IMG/VR virus record: IMGVR_UViG_3300037264_008423
Span: 174,437-238,436 of that record
Length of the DNA stretch: 64,000 nt
Strand: one strand, 5' to 3'
A program made the translations under genes and the position numbers. Under the pieces are notes generated by a model. It was given only the letters and a program-made list of their open reading frames with translations. It made no database searches and had not been told where the DNA came from. How positions within the stretch are numbered: position 1 is the stretch's first letter; each line of letters opens with the position of its first letter. Positions 35,994 through 44,793 of this stretch are shown here, in pieces.

Positions 35994-36076
35994 GGCGCGT
36001 GGTTTACCCGGAACAGCAGACGGGCCTGGTCGAGAACCAGTGAGCCTTGGAAGTGCAATTCTTCTCGCGCCCACCA
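35993..36076 (+). tRNA. tRNA-Leu(GAG), non-canonical core, C33
   Basis: GGGCGCG/CGCGCCC, loop TCGAGAA. Confidence 0.82.
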
Positions 36077-36083
36077 TTTTTAA

Positions 36084-36159
36084 GCTGACGTAACTCAATT
36101 GGCAGAGTAACGGACTTTTAATCCGTAAGTTACGGGATCGTGGCCCGTCGTCAGCACCA
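36084..36159 (+). tRNA. tRNA-Lys(TTT)
   Basis: ACGGA-CTTTTAA-TCCGT arm, ACCA end. Confidence 0.9.
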
Positions 36160-36166
36160 ATTTTAC

Positions 36167-36240
36167 AGCCCAGTAGCACAATGCGGTGCGGCTCCCTTTG
36201 AAGGAGACGGATGGGGGTGCGAATCCCTCCTGGGCTACCA
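36167..36240 (+). tRNA. tRNA-Gln(TTG)
   Basis: AGCCCAG/CTGGGCT, loop CTTTGAA. Confidence 0.85.
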
Positions 36241-36261
36241 TTTTTAAGCTAAAAATAAAAA

Positions 36262-36304
36262 GTTTACTTTTTATTTTGACAGCCAGGTCACTTTCTTTTA
36301 AGTT
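36262..36304 (+). promoter_or_regulatory. Sigma70-type promoter with upstream GTTTAC box
   Basis: GTTTAC-N8-TTGACA-N17-TAAGTT. Confidence 0.7.
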
Positions 36305-36334
36305 CTGGCTCAACGAACAGAAAGACAAAAACCA

Positions 36335-37099
36335 GTGAAACCAAAACTACATGAACTCCTGGCGGCGGAGACGAACCTGGACAACCAGGCGAATAAGTGC
36401 CGCACTGACTTGGTGGACACCCTGACCAAGAAACGGCACCACTTTGAGGAAAAAAAGACGGTGTTTATCCCGAATACGGAAGGCGCGACGCCGATGGTGG
36501 AAGCGCAGTCCGACATCGTGACCACCGTGCGCAAGGAGCTGGACTGGATCAAGGGCCATCTCACCAAAGCTTTGGACGCCGCGTTCCAGATTGCGGAGAC
36601 CAACATGGTCGCGCGCGGCGACGTGGTGATCGATGATGACGCGGCGACGGTTCTGCTCACGGGGATTCCAGCCACGGCGCTCCTGGAACTGGAAAAGCGC
36701 GCCGTTGAGATCAAGCAGCTAGTCGAGGCGATCCCCACGCTGGACCCCGCCAAAGGTTTCCAGTCCGACGAACAGCGGGGCGATGGATTCTTCAAGGCCA
36801 GGGACGTGGCGAAAACGCGCACCAAGAAAGAGAAGAAAGTCATCGTGCTCCACGCGCCGACCAAAGAGCATCCGGCCCAGGTGCAGTTGATCGATGTGGA
36901 TGTGCCGGTGGGCGCTTTGCAGGAGCAGGAATGGTCCAGCCTGATCACCACCGCCCAAAAAGCGGACATGCTGGATCGGGCAGAGAAAGTGGTTCGCGCG
37001 CTCAAGAAAGCGCGCTCGCGTGCCAATGACACGGAAGTGGACACGACCAAGAAGCTGGGCAACCGGCTGCTGAGCTACGTGTTTGATGGAAAAGTGTAA
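36335..37099 (+). CDS. Conserved hypothetical coiled-coil protein
   Basis: KLHELLAAE...IPATALLELEKR...IPTLDP..HPAQV; GTG start. Confidence 0.85.
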   Translation: MKPKLHELLAAETNLDNQANKCRTDLVDTLTKKRHHFEEKKTVFIPNTEGATPMVEAQSDIVTTVRKELDWIKGHLTKALDAAFQIAETNMVARGDVVIDDDAATVLLTGIPATALLELEKRAVEIKQLVEAIPTLDPAKGFQSDEQRGDGFFKARDVAKTRTKKEKKVIVLHAPTKEHPAQVQLIDVDVPVGALQEQEWSSLITTAQKADMLDRAEKVVRALKKARSRANDTEVDTTKKLGNRLLSYVFDGKV

Positions 37100-37210
37100 A
37101 CAATTTCGGGTGTGGAAAGCGGCCTCCGGGTTGCTTTCCTAGCTCAAAGCTCAAGGTGAAGCTCAGATTCAGGGTTACAGGTCAGGCTATCACCCGAAGG
37201 CTCAAAACCC

Positions 37211-37376
37211 TAAGCGAAAGGAACGTTGAAAGGTAGCGCCACTCCAACTGAGGTCGGGGGTTCAAATCCCTCCTCCGCCCCCAAAATCATATGGCGGAGT
37301 AGCTCAGCGGTAGAGCATCAGGATCAGGCTAACGGCGCTAAGCGTTTTGACGAACAGAGCTAAAAAGCTTCGCTTA
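37211..37376 (+). ncRNA. Second YrlA-like circularly permuted tRNA-like RNA
   Basis: T arm, then CTCCGCC-loop-GGCGGAG acceptor, then D arm; closed by CTGA/TCAG, TAGCGCC/GGCGCTA, TAAGCGAA/TTCGCTTA. Confidence 0.75.
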
Positions 37377-37432
37377 ATAAAACCAAGGGCCACTCGCGTG
37401 GAAGCGGGTGGCCCCCATTATTTCAAAGTTCT

Positions 37433-37675
37433 ATGATCGATCAGTCTCCCCCTACGGAAGCCATTGAGGCGTTTCACCGGCATTTGGATCGCTGTGAGCA
37501 GTGCCGGGACCGGCCCTTTGAATTATGCGCGGTGGGCCAGCCTCTTTTGCTGGCAGCCGCCAACCAGGACCAACTGGGGCCGCAGCCGCCGCCTAATCCC
37601 TATAATCACGAAGAGTGCTTGCTCGCGGCAGTGGGCTGGCTCATACTCAACCGTAAACGATTTATTGCCGGGTAG
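37433..37675 (+). CDS. Small hypothetical protein
   Basis: HLDRCEQC..C; ends in tRNA-Gln. Confidence 0.45.
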   Translation: MIDQSPPTEAIEAFHRHLDRCEQCRDRPFELCAVGQPLLLAAANQDQLGPQPPPNPYNHEECLLAAVGWLILNRKRFIAG

Positions 37676-37741
37676 TTCAAGTAGTGGAACGCGGGTCTCT
37701 GAAACCCGATGGTGCTGGTGCGAGTCCAGCCCCGGCAACCA
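37666..37741 (+). tRNA. tRNA-Gln(CTG)
   Basis: TGCCGGG/CCCGGCA, CGGGT-CTCTGAA-ACCCG. Confidence 0.9.
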
Positions 37742-37783
37742 CTTTCAACAAAGACACACACGCCAAAATAATTAGCGGGAAAA

Positions 37784-38389
37784 ATGTCTATGAAGAGCAT
37801 ACTCCAAGAGGAAGTCCTGGTCTTGAACCGGGGCTGGCAGGCGATTGACACTACCGATGTCGCCACGGCGCTGTGCGATTTATTTCGGGGCGTGGCCACG
37901 GCCATTGATACCGGTAACGAGGATAGCGGCATGCAGGCGGTCACCCTTGAAGAGTGGCTGACCCTGCCGATTCGACCCGCTCGGCCAGGGCACGCGGCGG
38001 ACAAGTGGATTGGCACGGTGCGCAGCAAAGTGCGCGTGCCCACGGTGATCGTAAAGGCCAGCTACAGCGACATCCCCAAAAGACGGCCCAAGCTGGATAA
38101 CCGGGGCATCCGCGACCGCGACCGCTGCCGGTGCCAGGTCACTGGCGATCTCTGCCCGGACGGCTCGGTGGATCACCTGGTTCCTCGCAGCCGGGGCGGC
38201 GCGAAGAAGTCCTGGACCAACATGGTCTGGATGCGCCGCGACCTGAATGGCAAAAAGGGCGACCGCACGCTGGAGGAAATGGGCTGGAAACTGCGCCGAC
38301 CGCCCAAGGAGCCAATGGCTGTTCCGGTGAGTATCACGATTCGTCGGCGCGAGGATAAGCCTGACTGGAATCATTTCTTGATTCACTAA
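37784..38389 (+). CDS. HNH endonuclease (McrA-like)
   Basis: VLVLN...VPTVI...RDRDRCRCQVTG..SVDHLVPRSRGG..SWTNMV. Confidence 0.9.
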   Translation: MSMKSILQEEVLVLNRGWQAIDTTDVATALCDLFRGVATAIDTGNEDSGMQAVTLEEWLTLPIRPARPGHAADKWIGTVRSKVRVPTVIVKASYSDIPKRRPKLDNRGIRDRDRCRCQVTGDLCPDGSVDHLVPRSRGGAKKSWTNMVWMRRDLNGKKGDRTLEEMGWKLRRPPKEPMAVPVSITIRRREDKPDWNHFLIH

Positions 38390-38393
38390 CCGA

Positions 38394-38427
38394 CTGCCCC
38401 CAGGACATCACCTGGGGGCGGTTTTTT
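38394..38427 (+). terminator. Rho-independent terminator
   Basis: GCCCCCAGG-ACATCA-CCTGGGGGC then T run. Confidence 0.65.
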
Positions 38428-38447
38428 GTTTTCGAGGTAGTTACGAT

Positions 38448-39692
38448 GTGCAAGTGGAAAGCGATACCAAACAACTGATTAACCGGCTCATGGAATCGGA
38501 GGGCATACACGCCTTTGTCCTGATTAGCGAAGCAGCGGACAAATATTTGCCGATCATCGACAGCTTGACGGTGCGGCTGGCCAACGATCAGCAGGTCAAG
38601 GCCACCGCGTTGCAGCCGGAAGTCGCCCAAAAGGTCGATGAAACCCGCAGGACGCTCAAGCGGGAAGACCGGATCATGTGGGCCCTGCGTTTCTACAAGA
38701 AAGCTTTGATCGAGGAGCTGCTCTGGATGGTTATTAACGAGCCAAAATTTTTTATCAAAAAAGCCGGATTTCCAGCCAGTGTGGAGCAGCCGCAACTCAA
38801 CCGGCAGTTGCAGAAACTCGCCGATGTGGACTTGGCCCCTTTCCAAGAGAGCGACCCGGATGATCTTGAATCCATCAGTCCCGCCTACACGGGCTACGGG
38901 GTGATCGACGGTATTAACGCGACCCTGGGCCAGTATTTGAAGATCCACGAGAGCTACGGCGAGCACGAGCCGCATAACCCCATTAACCGCTTGAGGCTAC
39001 AGCGGCAGCCTTTCGGGGAAGTAATCTATTTTTACCGGCGCGGCGCGGTAGAGTTGATGCGCCGGTATGGCGCGGCCATCGAAATCGTTCCCCAACCGCG
39101 CCAGCAGGCGGCCAGGGGCGGGTCTTTCTCGGATATGCGGGACAAGGAAGGCCCCCTGGAAACCATTGTTCAATTTCCCAACGGCTGGCGCTGGTTCAAT
39201 CTGCACCGCAATTGCAGCGAGATCCGCAGCGATCCCGGTGTGCATGGACCCAGGGCCATTACCGGTCACTGTGCCAATACCGCCGCCAAAGGCGACGTGG
39301 AGTGCCTGGAACTGGCTGAACCGCTGGGCGGAAACCGCTGGCGACACCATGCCCTGTTTATTCTCCATCGCGATGGCACCCTGGGCGAAATGAAGGGCCG
39401 GGAAAACCAAAAGCCCTCCCACCGTTTGCACAAATATATTTTTGGGCTACTGCGGCAGTATTCGCAGATCAAGGGGCTGGAAGGTGAGGGGTATAACGCC
39501 TCCAATAATTTTTACCTGAAAGAGCTACCCCGCCCCTACTTGGAGCAGTTGGCCGCCGCGCGCCCGGAACTTTGGCGGAACTCTGCGGAAAACCAACTAC
39601 CCGAGGAGCCAGATCCCCGCCCAGCGCTCCCTGGAGGCGCGGCCCAGGGTCGGCCTATTCCCGGCCAGATTGGTCCAGGCCAGCCAGCTTGA
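38448..39692 (+). CDS. Hypothetical jumbo-phage protein (possible PcfJ-like C-terminal domain)
   Basis: GWRWFNL...GHCAN...EMKGRENQKP. Confidence 0.75.
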   Translation: MQVESDTKQLINRLMESEGIHAFVLISEAADKYLPIIDSLTVRLANDQQVKATALQPEVAQKVDETRRTLKREDRIMWALRFYKKALIEELLWMVINEPKFFIKKAGFPASVEQPQLNRQLQKLADVDLAPFQESDPDDLESISPAYTGYGVIDGINATLGQYLKIHESYGEHEPHNPINRLRLQRQPFGEVIYFYRRGAVELMRRYGAAIEIVPQPRQQAARGGSFSDMRDKEGPLETIVQFPNGWRWFNLHRNCSEIRSDPGVHGPRAITGHCANTAAKGDVECLELAEPLGGNRWRHHALFILHRDGTLGEMKGRENQKPSHRLHKYIFGLLRQYSQIKGLEGEGYNASNNFYLKELPRPYLEQLAAARPELWRNSAENQLPEEPDPRPALPGGAAQGRPIPGQIGPGQPA

Positions 39693-39961
39693 AGCTGTTT
39701 ACAATTTAGAGAAAAACTTGTTTACTTATTTGCATTCATGGTCGATGTTGTGCCCATGAATGCAAATATAAACGCATACGCACCCAGGGAACAGGGGAGT
39801 GCGCACAAGTCTCCTTGCTTTTGCGAGATCTGCGTGCCGGTGTGGGCTGACCTAGACCGGTTGCCGATTCAGGTAGAGCCTCCCGCAGAAGAGACGGAGG
39901 AGGACACCGTGCCAGTAAATCGGCTAACGGGACGGCGCGCTCCAGTTTTAACTCGCCGATT

Positions 39962-40804
39962 CTAAGCCGGAGGAGGCTTACAGAAACCTCCAAATGCTTG
40001 AGGATGCGCCGGTGCCGCGAGAACAGGCGTCTTGTCCACCTGTATCCCGTCTTTTAGCAGCCCTTCCCGGTCCGAATAGAAGATCTCCAGTGTAGCCAGG
40101 ACCAGTCCCCGCTGAAAATAAGCCTGAGTGACGCAATCGGTCGCCGCCGATCCGTAGCCAGTGCCCAGGTTGAAGTCTGGCGCGCTACAGCAGGCGTTGA
40201 ACGCTTGCGCAGGTGTATGTTTGCTGGAAGTAAGGCATCTCTCTACCGGGGTGCCGAGGGTCTCCTCCAGACTAGCGGTCAGTCCTTGGCTGGCACAGGT
40301 GGTGTATTCTTTGAAGATCGAGGGCTTGGCTGTAGGCCAGTCATAGGGCAAGACCGGCGTTACGAGGACTGGCGCAGGCGGCTGCTCGGCATACACCAGC
40401 ACACCGATTACTCCGCAATTCTGTTGTCCTTGGGTTTTACCCGCGTAGCTGCCGCTGCGGTCGGTAAACTCAAACTGGCGAACTTCGGTCATGGAAGTCC
40501 GCCAGCCCCGCACAGTAAGCGAGCTGTAGCCTTGGACCACGTAGCCTGACGAGTTGCCGTGGGCGGGTTGGCCCTCCACTGTGCTCAGGCCATCCACGCT
40601 GGGAACCACCAGGACGCGCTCCGGTCGGTTATTGCGGAATTTGATTTGATAGTAGTGGCCTTTTCTACCGGCCACGTAAGTGAGACCCTTGTGCCCGTAT
40701 TCGGGGATGCGGCTGCCATTAACCTCAACGGACAGCTCGAAGCCATTAACAAACATAGGAACCTTTCTATTGCCGCTTCGCGGACTTTTAACGCCCGGCA
40801 TCAT
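39962..40804 (-). CDS. Conserved hypothetical protein
   Basis: FELSVEVNG..YVAG..YQIKFRNN..SVDGL..GVIGV. Confidence 0.8.
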   Translation of the reverse strand: MMPGVKSPRSGNRKVPMFVNGFELSVEVNGSRIPEYGHKGLTYVAGRKGHYYQIKFRNNRPERVLVVPSVDGLSTVEGQPAHGNSSGYVVQGYSSLTVRGWRTSMTEVRQFEFTDRSGSYAGKTQGQQNCGVIGVLVYAEQPPAPVLVTPVLPYDWPTAKPSIFKEYTTCASQGLTASLEETLGTPVERCLTSSKHTPAQAFNACCSAPDFNLGTGYGSAATDCVTQAYFQRGLVLATLEIFYSDREGLLKDGIQVDKTPVLAAPAHPQAFGGFCKPPPA

Positions 40805-40927
40805 TGCCGGACTGATTTAGCTACTCCCGATAGAACTTTTCCACGTGGAACTTTTTTTGTTTACATTTTATATCCAATTCGCTACGTTGAGCGATATTTA
40901 TCGATACGGTTTAAAAACGAACAATTT

Positions 40928-41527
40928 ATGCCTAAGCTGGGTGATAAAATTCACGGCTGCTGGTTCGAGTGCCTTGTCTGTCGAAAAGCATTCTGGCGAG
41001 TAAACGCTTGGTTGAGAAAGTCAGGCAATCCCAAAACTTGTAGTTTGGAATGCAGGAAGCGTTTTTTAAGTGGAATAATTGGGCAAGAAGACGAGATTCT
41101 CTCGGATTACAGGTCTGGAAGCAGTCTTACACGCCTATGTGAAAGCTACCGGTCAGATAATAAAACACTGCGTGATTTTCTCGTTAGAAACGGAGAATTT
41201 GTGAGACCTAATGGGTTTTATCAAGAGGGGTCGCGCAACAAGAACTGGAAAGGCGGACACATCACAAAAGAGGGTTATCGGCGCATTGGGCACCGCTTTG
41301 AGCACCGGATTGTCATGGAGCAGATCATCGGTAGGAAATTATTAAGAAATGAACACGTTCACCACCTTAACGGTATTAAGCTCGATAATCGTCCAGAAAA
41401 TCTGGCTTTACACTCACCACACGCGCACGGAGAACTTCATGCGAAACAATTCAGAGATTTGCAAGAAATGTATTATGCTCGGATTCGTTTTCTTGAGCAT
41501 AGACTTCAAAGTATCGGGCAGCAGTGA
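40928..41527 (+). CDS. HNH homing endonuclease
   Basis: NKNWKGG..YR..EHRIVMEQIIGRKL...VHHLNGIKLDNRPENL; AT-rich. Confidence 0.9.
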   Translation: MPKLGDKIHGCWFECLVCRKAFWRVNAWLRKSGNPKTCSLECRKRFLSGIIGQEDEILSDYRSGSSLTRLCESYRSDNKTLRDFLVRNGEFVRPNGFYQEGSRNKNWKGGHITKEGYRRIGHRFEHRIVMEQIIGRKLLRNEHVHHLNGIKLDNRPENLALHSPHAHGELHAKQFRDLQEMYYARIRFLEHRLQSIGQQ

Positions 41528-41912
41528 AACTTATGGTCAGAGGATAGTGGCCAGCGTTCTATGCGCTGAAGCCGGTAATCAAGGCATGATCGGCATGACT
41601 GCCGTAGCGGAAGTCATCCGCAATAGGTCCAAGGCTACAGGCAGCACACCGCTGGAAGTGGTGACCAAGCGCAAACAATTTTCCTGCCTGAACGGAGTGG
41701 GGCCGGACAAGCTCTACCAGCGTTATGCCCGGCAGCGGCAATTCAGCCTGGCCCTGCGGATCGCCCGGACGTGCTGCGACGTTCCCCATCAGCTTCCCAA
41801 CCGCACCCGAGGAGCCACTTACTACGACCAAAAAGCCAACCGGCCTCCGTGGCTCAGCCAGATGAAACTGGTTGCAACGATTGGCAATCATAGCTTTTAC
41901 ACGCTTAAATGA
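41475..41912 (+). CDS. Cell wall hydrolase, SleB/Hydrolase_2 family
   Basis: LCAEAGNQG..GM.AVAEVIRNR..QFSC..GATYY..IGNHSFY; start uncertain. Confidence 0.9.
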   Translation: MLGFVFLSIDFKVSGSSETYGQRIVASVLCAEAGNQGMIGMTAVAEVIRNRSKATGSTPLEVVTKRKQFSCLNGVGPDKLYQRYARQRQFSLALRIARTCCDVPHQLPNRTRGATYYDQKANRPPWLSQMKLVATIGNHSFYTLK

Positions 41913-42012
41913 CGTTTAAGCTTGACACGAGACCGGTCTATCCGCACACTGAACTGACCAACGCGCCGAACACGTTTCAGTAAGACGTGTGCCTATACCA
42001 TTCTATGGGCAC

Positions 42013-42300
42013 ATGGAGCTACCGGAAAAGATAAACGAGTTAGCGGCAGCCAACGATGAAGCGATCACCTTTGACGGCTACGAGGACGCGCTGATCGGCA
42101 TATGCCATCAGTTCGGTCGCCCTCCGGTCGCCTGCTACGACCTGGACAAGTGCCTTAAGATTCTGCAAGAACGCGACGGCATGACCGAGGAAGACGCGCT
42201 GGAGTTTTTTGATTTCAATACCCTGGGCTGCTCGGTGGGTGACAGCACGCCAGTTTTCATTAAATTGTTTACATGCCAGACCAACGGCCATGAGTTGTAG
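42013..42300 (+). CDS. Conserved small phage protein
   Basis: DGYEDALIG..YD..K..L..DGMTEEDALEFFDFNTLG..G..TPVF. Confidence 0.8.
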   Translation: MELPEKINELAAANDEAITFDGYEDALIGICHQFGRPPVACYDLDKCLKILQERDGMTEEDALEFFDFNTLGCSVGDSTPVFIKLFTCQTNGHEL

Positions 42301-42307
42301 CTAAGTC

Positions 42308-42886
42308 ATGGATAATAATTCGTGGTCCGTAGCTGGTCAGTCCGTAGCGGTTGGAAGCGTGTATGGTCGGCTTACTGTCGTTCGTATTTTTAGGCGAGAG
42401 GGCAAAGTTATGGCTGAAGCTGTTTGCCTTTGCGGTAAAACTATTACTACGCGCGCCTACCATCTCGTTAAAAGCCAATCAACAAGCTGTGGCTGCACAC
42501 GAGCGGCGATCACTGCTTCTGTAAACGCTATTAAGCGGCGGAAGACTTACGGCTGGGCTTCAATGATCCAAGTTTACAATTCTTATCGGGCTGGAGCCAG
42601 ACGTAGAAATGTGGATTTTACAATCTCTAAAGAATTGTTTTCCGTTCTTTCTAAGCAAAACTGCCACTACTGTGGTAAAGAACCGGATAATGTAAACAAG
42701 GCAGCTCGTCGCTATGGTGAATACGTCTATAGTGGAATCGACAGGGTGGATAATTCGATTGGCTATGTGCCGTCGAATGTTGTTCCAGCATGCTATACCT
42801 GTAACCGGGCGAAGGGCACCAAGTCAAAAAATGATTTTTTAGCATGGGTCCTGACTGTAGCCAAATACTATGAACAAAGAAGCTGA
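42308..42886 (+). CDS. HNH homing endonuclease
   Basis: YGRLTV..CLCG..SCGC; CHYCG..GIDRVDNSIGY...NVVPACYTCNRAK. Confidence 0.9.
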   Translation: MDNNSWSVAGQSVAVGSVYGRLTVVRIFRREGKVMAEAVCLCGKTITTRAYHLVKSQSTSCGCTRAAITASVNAIKRRKTYGWASMIQVYNSYRAGARRRNVDFTISKELFSVLSKQNCHYCGKEPDNVNKAARRYGEYVYSGIDRVDNSIGYVPSNVVPACYTCNRAKGTKSKNDFLAWVLTVAKYYEQRS

Positions 42887-44024
42887 TCCAGCCTGCACCA
42901 AGGTCGTCGGTTATTTTAACCCCAACTCCTGGTCCATCTATTTTGAAGTGTCGGAGCTGAACCTCCGTTGCGAGCTTAAACCAAACCAGTATATCACGGA
43001 TCGAGCTGGCCACTATATCAACGATCCGGTGTTCGAGGACTACGTGCAGCCCAAGGGTTTGAGCCGGGCCACAGGCACCCAGGATTTGCCCTTCAATTAT
43101 GTGCCGCGCGTCGTCAAAAGTGCCCGGCCCATCCACGCGGTCACCCAGGCGTCTGGTTTCGTGCGCACTGCGGATGGATCGGTAATGCCCACCTATACCA
43201 CACCACCGCCCACTGTGGCCGTCGAGACTCCCGCCAATAAAGCTCCCATTTTGGGTATGTCGATGACCAAGGCGCGTGAGTTGGGCCTGGTCGGCAAACC
43301 TCGTCTGGTGCCAGAGGATTACGGAGTGGCCGATTCCTCCGGCGCACCAGACTCCTCCGCTAAAATTCCCGACATTCGCTATTCCATCGAATCGAATCCC
43401 AAAGTAAGGACCGCCGCGCCGCTGACGCCTGAGCTAATGGAGGCGGACGCGCGCTTGTCGCCACAAGAAGCCGCTCACCGCGCGGTATTGCAGCAGAGCT
43501 TAAATCAGGTCGCTAACCAGCCCATGGACGAGTTTAATCCTGCCGCCGTGGGTCCAACCCCGGTTTCCGCCGTAGCGGCTGCCCCGGTCGCCGTGGCCCG
43601 GCGCGTTTCCGCCGCCGCCCCTCCCCTCCCCGAAATTCCCGCGCCGGTGCGCATGCGAGCGCCCAAGGAGCCTGCCCCGATCAGGGTGCCCAGCGCCGCC
43701 CACCCCCTGCCCGAAATTCCCCAGCGAGTGCTGGCGCAGCGCGTGGCGACTGTGGTTGCCCCCCGGTCAGAGGAGGAGTTTGAGCCAGCGGAGGCATCGG
43801 GGGTAATGCAGCCTTTAAGCGAAGGCCAGGAGATGCCCAATCCAATTCTGGGCACGCCCCCGGTTTCCCAGCCGGACGGCGACACGGAAAAGCGTTTTGT
43901 TTGCGCGGCTGACGGCAGGCCGTTCCACTACCGCTCGGAGCTGGATCGGTATGTCCGGCGCAAGTATCCCACCCAATACGAACAATTGATGAGCGCCTAT
44001 CCTGCCGAGCACCAGCCCGGCTAG
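42870..44024 (+). CDS. Pro/Ala-rich hypothetical protein
   Basis: 384-aa ORF. Confidence 0.75.
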   Translation: MNKEADPACTKVVGYFNPNSWSIYFEVSELNLRCELKPNQYITDRAGHYINDPVFEDYVQPKGLSRATGTQDLPFNYVPRVVKSARPIHAVTQASGFVRTADGSVMPTYTTPPPTVAVETPANKAPILGMSMTKARELGLVGKPRLVPEDYGVADSSGAPDSSAKIPDIRYSIESNPKVRTAAPLTPELMEADARLSPQEAAHRAVLQQSLNQVANQPMDEFNPAAVGPTPVSAVAAAPVAVARRVSAAAPPLPEIPAPVRMRAPKEPAPIRVPSAAHPLPEIPQRVLAQRVATVVAPRSEEEFEPAEASGVMQPLSEGQEMPNPILGTPPVSQPDGDTEKRFVCAADGRPFHYRSELDRYVRRKYPTQYEQLMSAYPAEHQPG

Positions 44025-44049
44025 TTAGGACATGGTAACAAGTAACGCG

Positions 44050-44793
44050 ATGCAGCCGGTAAAGTCGTCGCAGCAGTCTCCCGACACGCTGCCGATGACC
44101 GGCTTTACCTGCGACCAGTTGACTGACTACATCTTCCGGCAACTTGGCTCTCCGACCTGGCAGGTAGAATTAACCCGCCAGCAGGTGCTTGACGCGATTC
44201 AAGACGCGCTTCAACTGTGCGGCCAATGGCGGCCCACGATTCGCGTGGGCAACGTGCAGTTGAGCCGGGGAATTTTCGAGTATCTCAGCGGTGCCAACGT
44301 TTTCCTGGGGATCGCGGATGTTCAGTTCGTGGAACCCAACCCGGTTCCGACCGAGCTATTTTACGGCAACCTTATTAACCCAGCGCCGCTTTTCCGCACC
44401 GGACTGGATGAATACGACAGCTTTCTGCGCTGGCGCAAAGTATGGCAGCGGGTGACCTCGATTCAGCCCAATTGGTTCTACGATGACGGGCGCAAGTGCC
44501 TTTACATCCACAATCCCATCGAACGCTATCAGGCGGGGGTGTTCATGTATGCCCCTTATGACCGGACTCAGGACTTGGATTTTACGGGCGCTCAGTGGGT
44601 CAAGGAGTATTCGCTGGAGCAGGCGCGCTACCTTTACGGAGAAGTCCTGGCCAAGTATAGTGGCGCGGTGCCCGGTCCGCTGCAAGCACTCGTGCTGGAC
44701 CAGAATAAGCGCCAAAACGCCGAGGAAAGGCTCAAAGCACTCAGGTTAAAACTGGAGGGGATGCAGCTAATTCCTCCCATCAGTGTGGACTAG
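44050..44793 (+). CDS. gp13: Neck/head-completion protein (T4 gp13-like)
   Basis: LTDYIFRQLGSP..VEL...DAIQDAL; WVKEYSLEQAR..GE..AKY. Confidence 0.75.
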   Translation: MQPVKSSQQSPDTLPMTGFTCDQLTDYIFRQLGSPTWQVELTRQQVLDAIQDALQLCGQWRPTIRVGNVQLSRGIFEYLSGANVFLGIADVQFVEPNPVPTELFYGNLINPAPLFRTGLDEYDSFLRWRKVWQRVTSIQPNWFYDDGRKCLYIHNPIERYQAGVFMYAPYDRTQDLDFTGAQWVKEYSLEQARYLYGEVLAKYSGAVPGPLQALVLDQNKRQNAEERLKALRLKLEGMQLIPPISVD

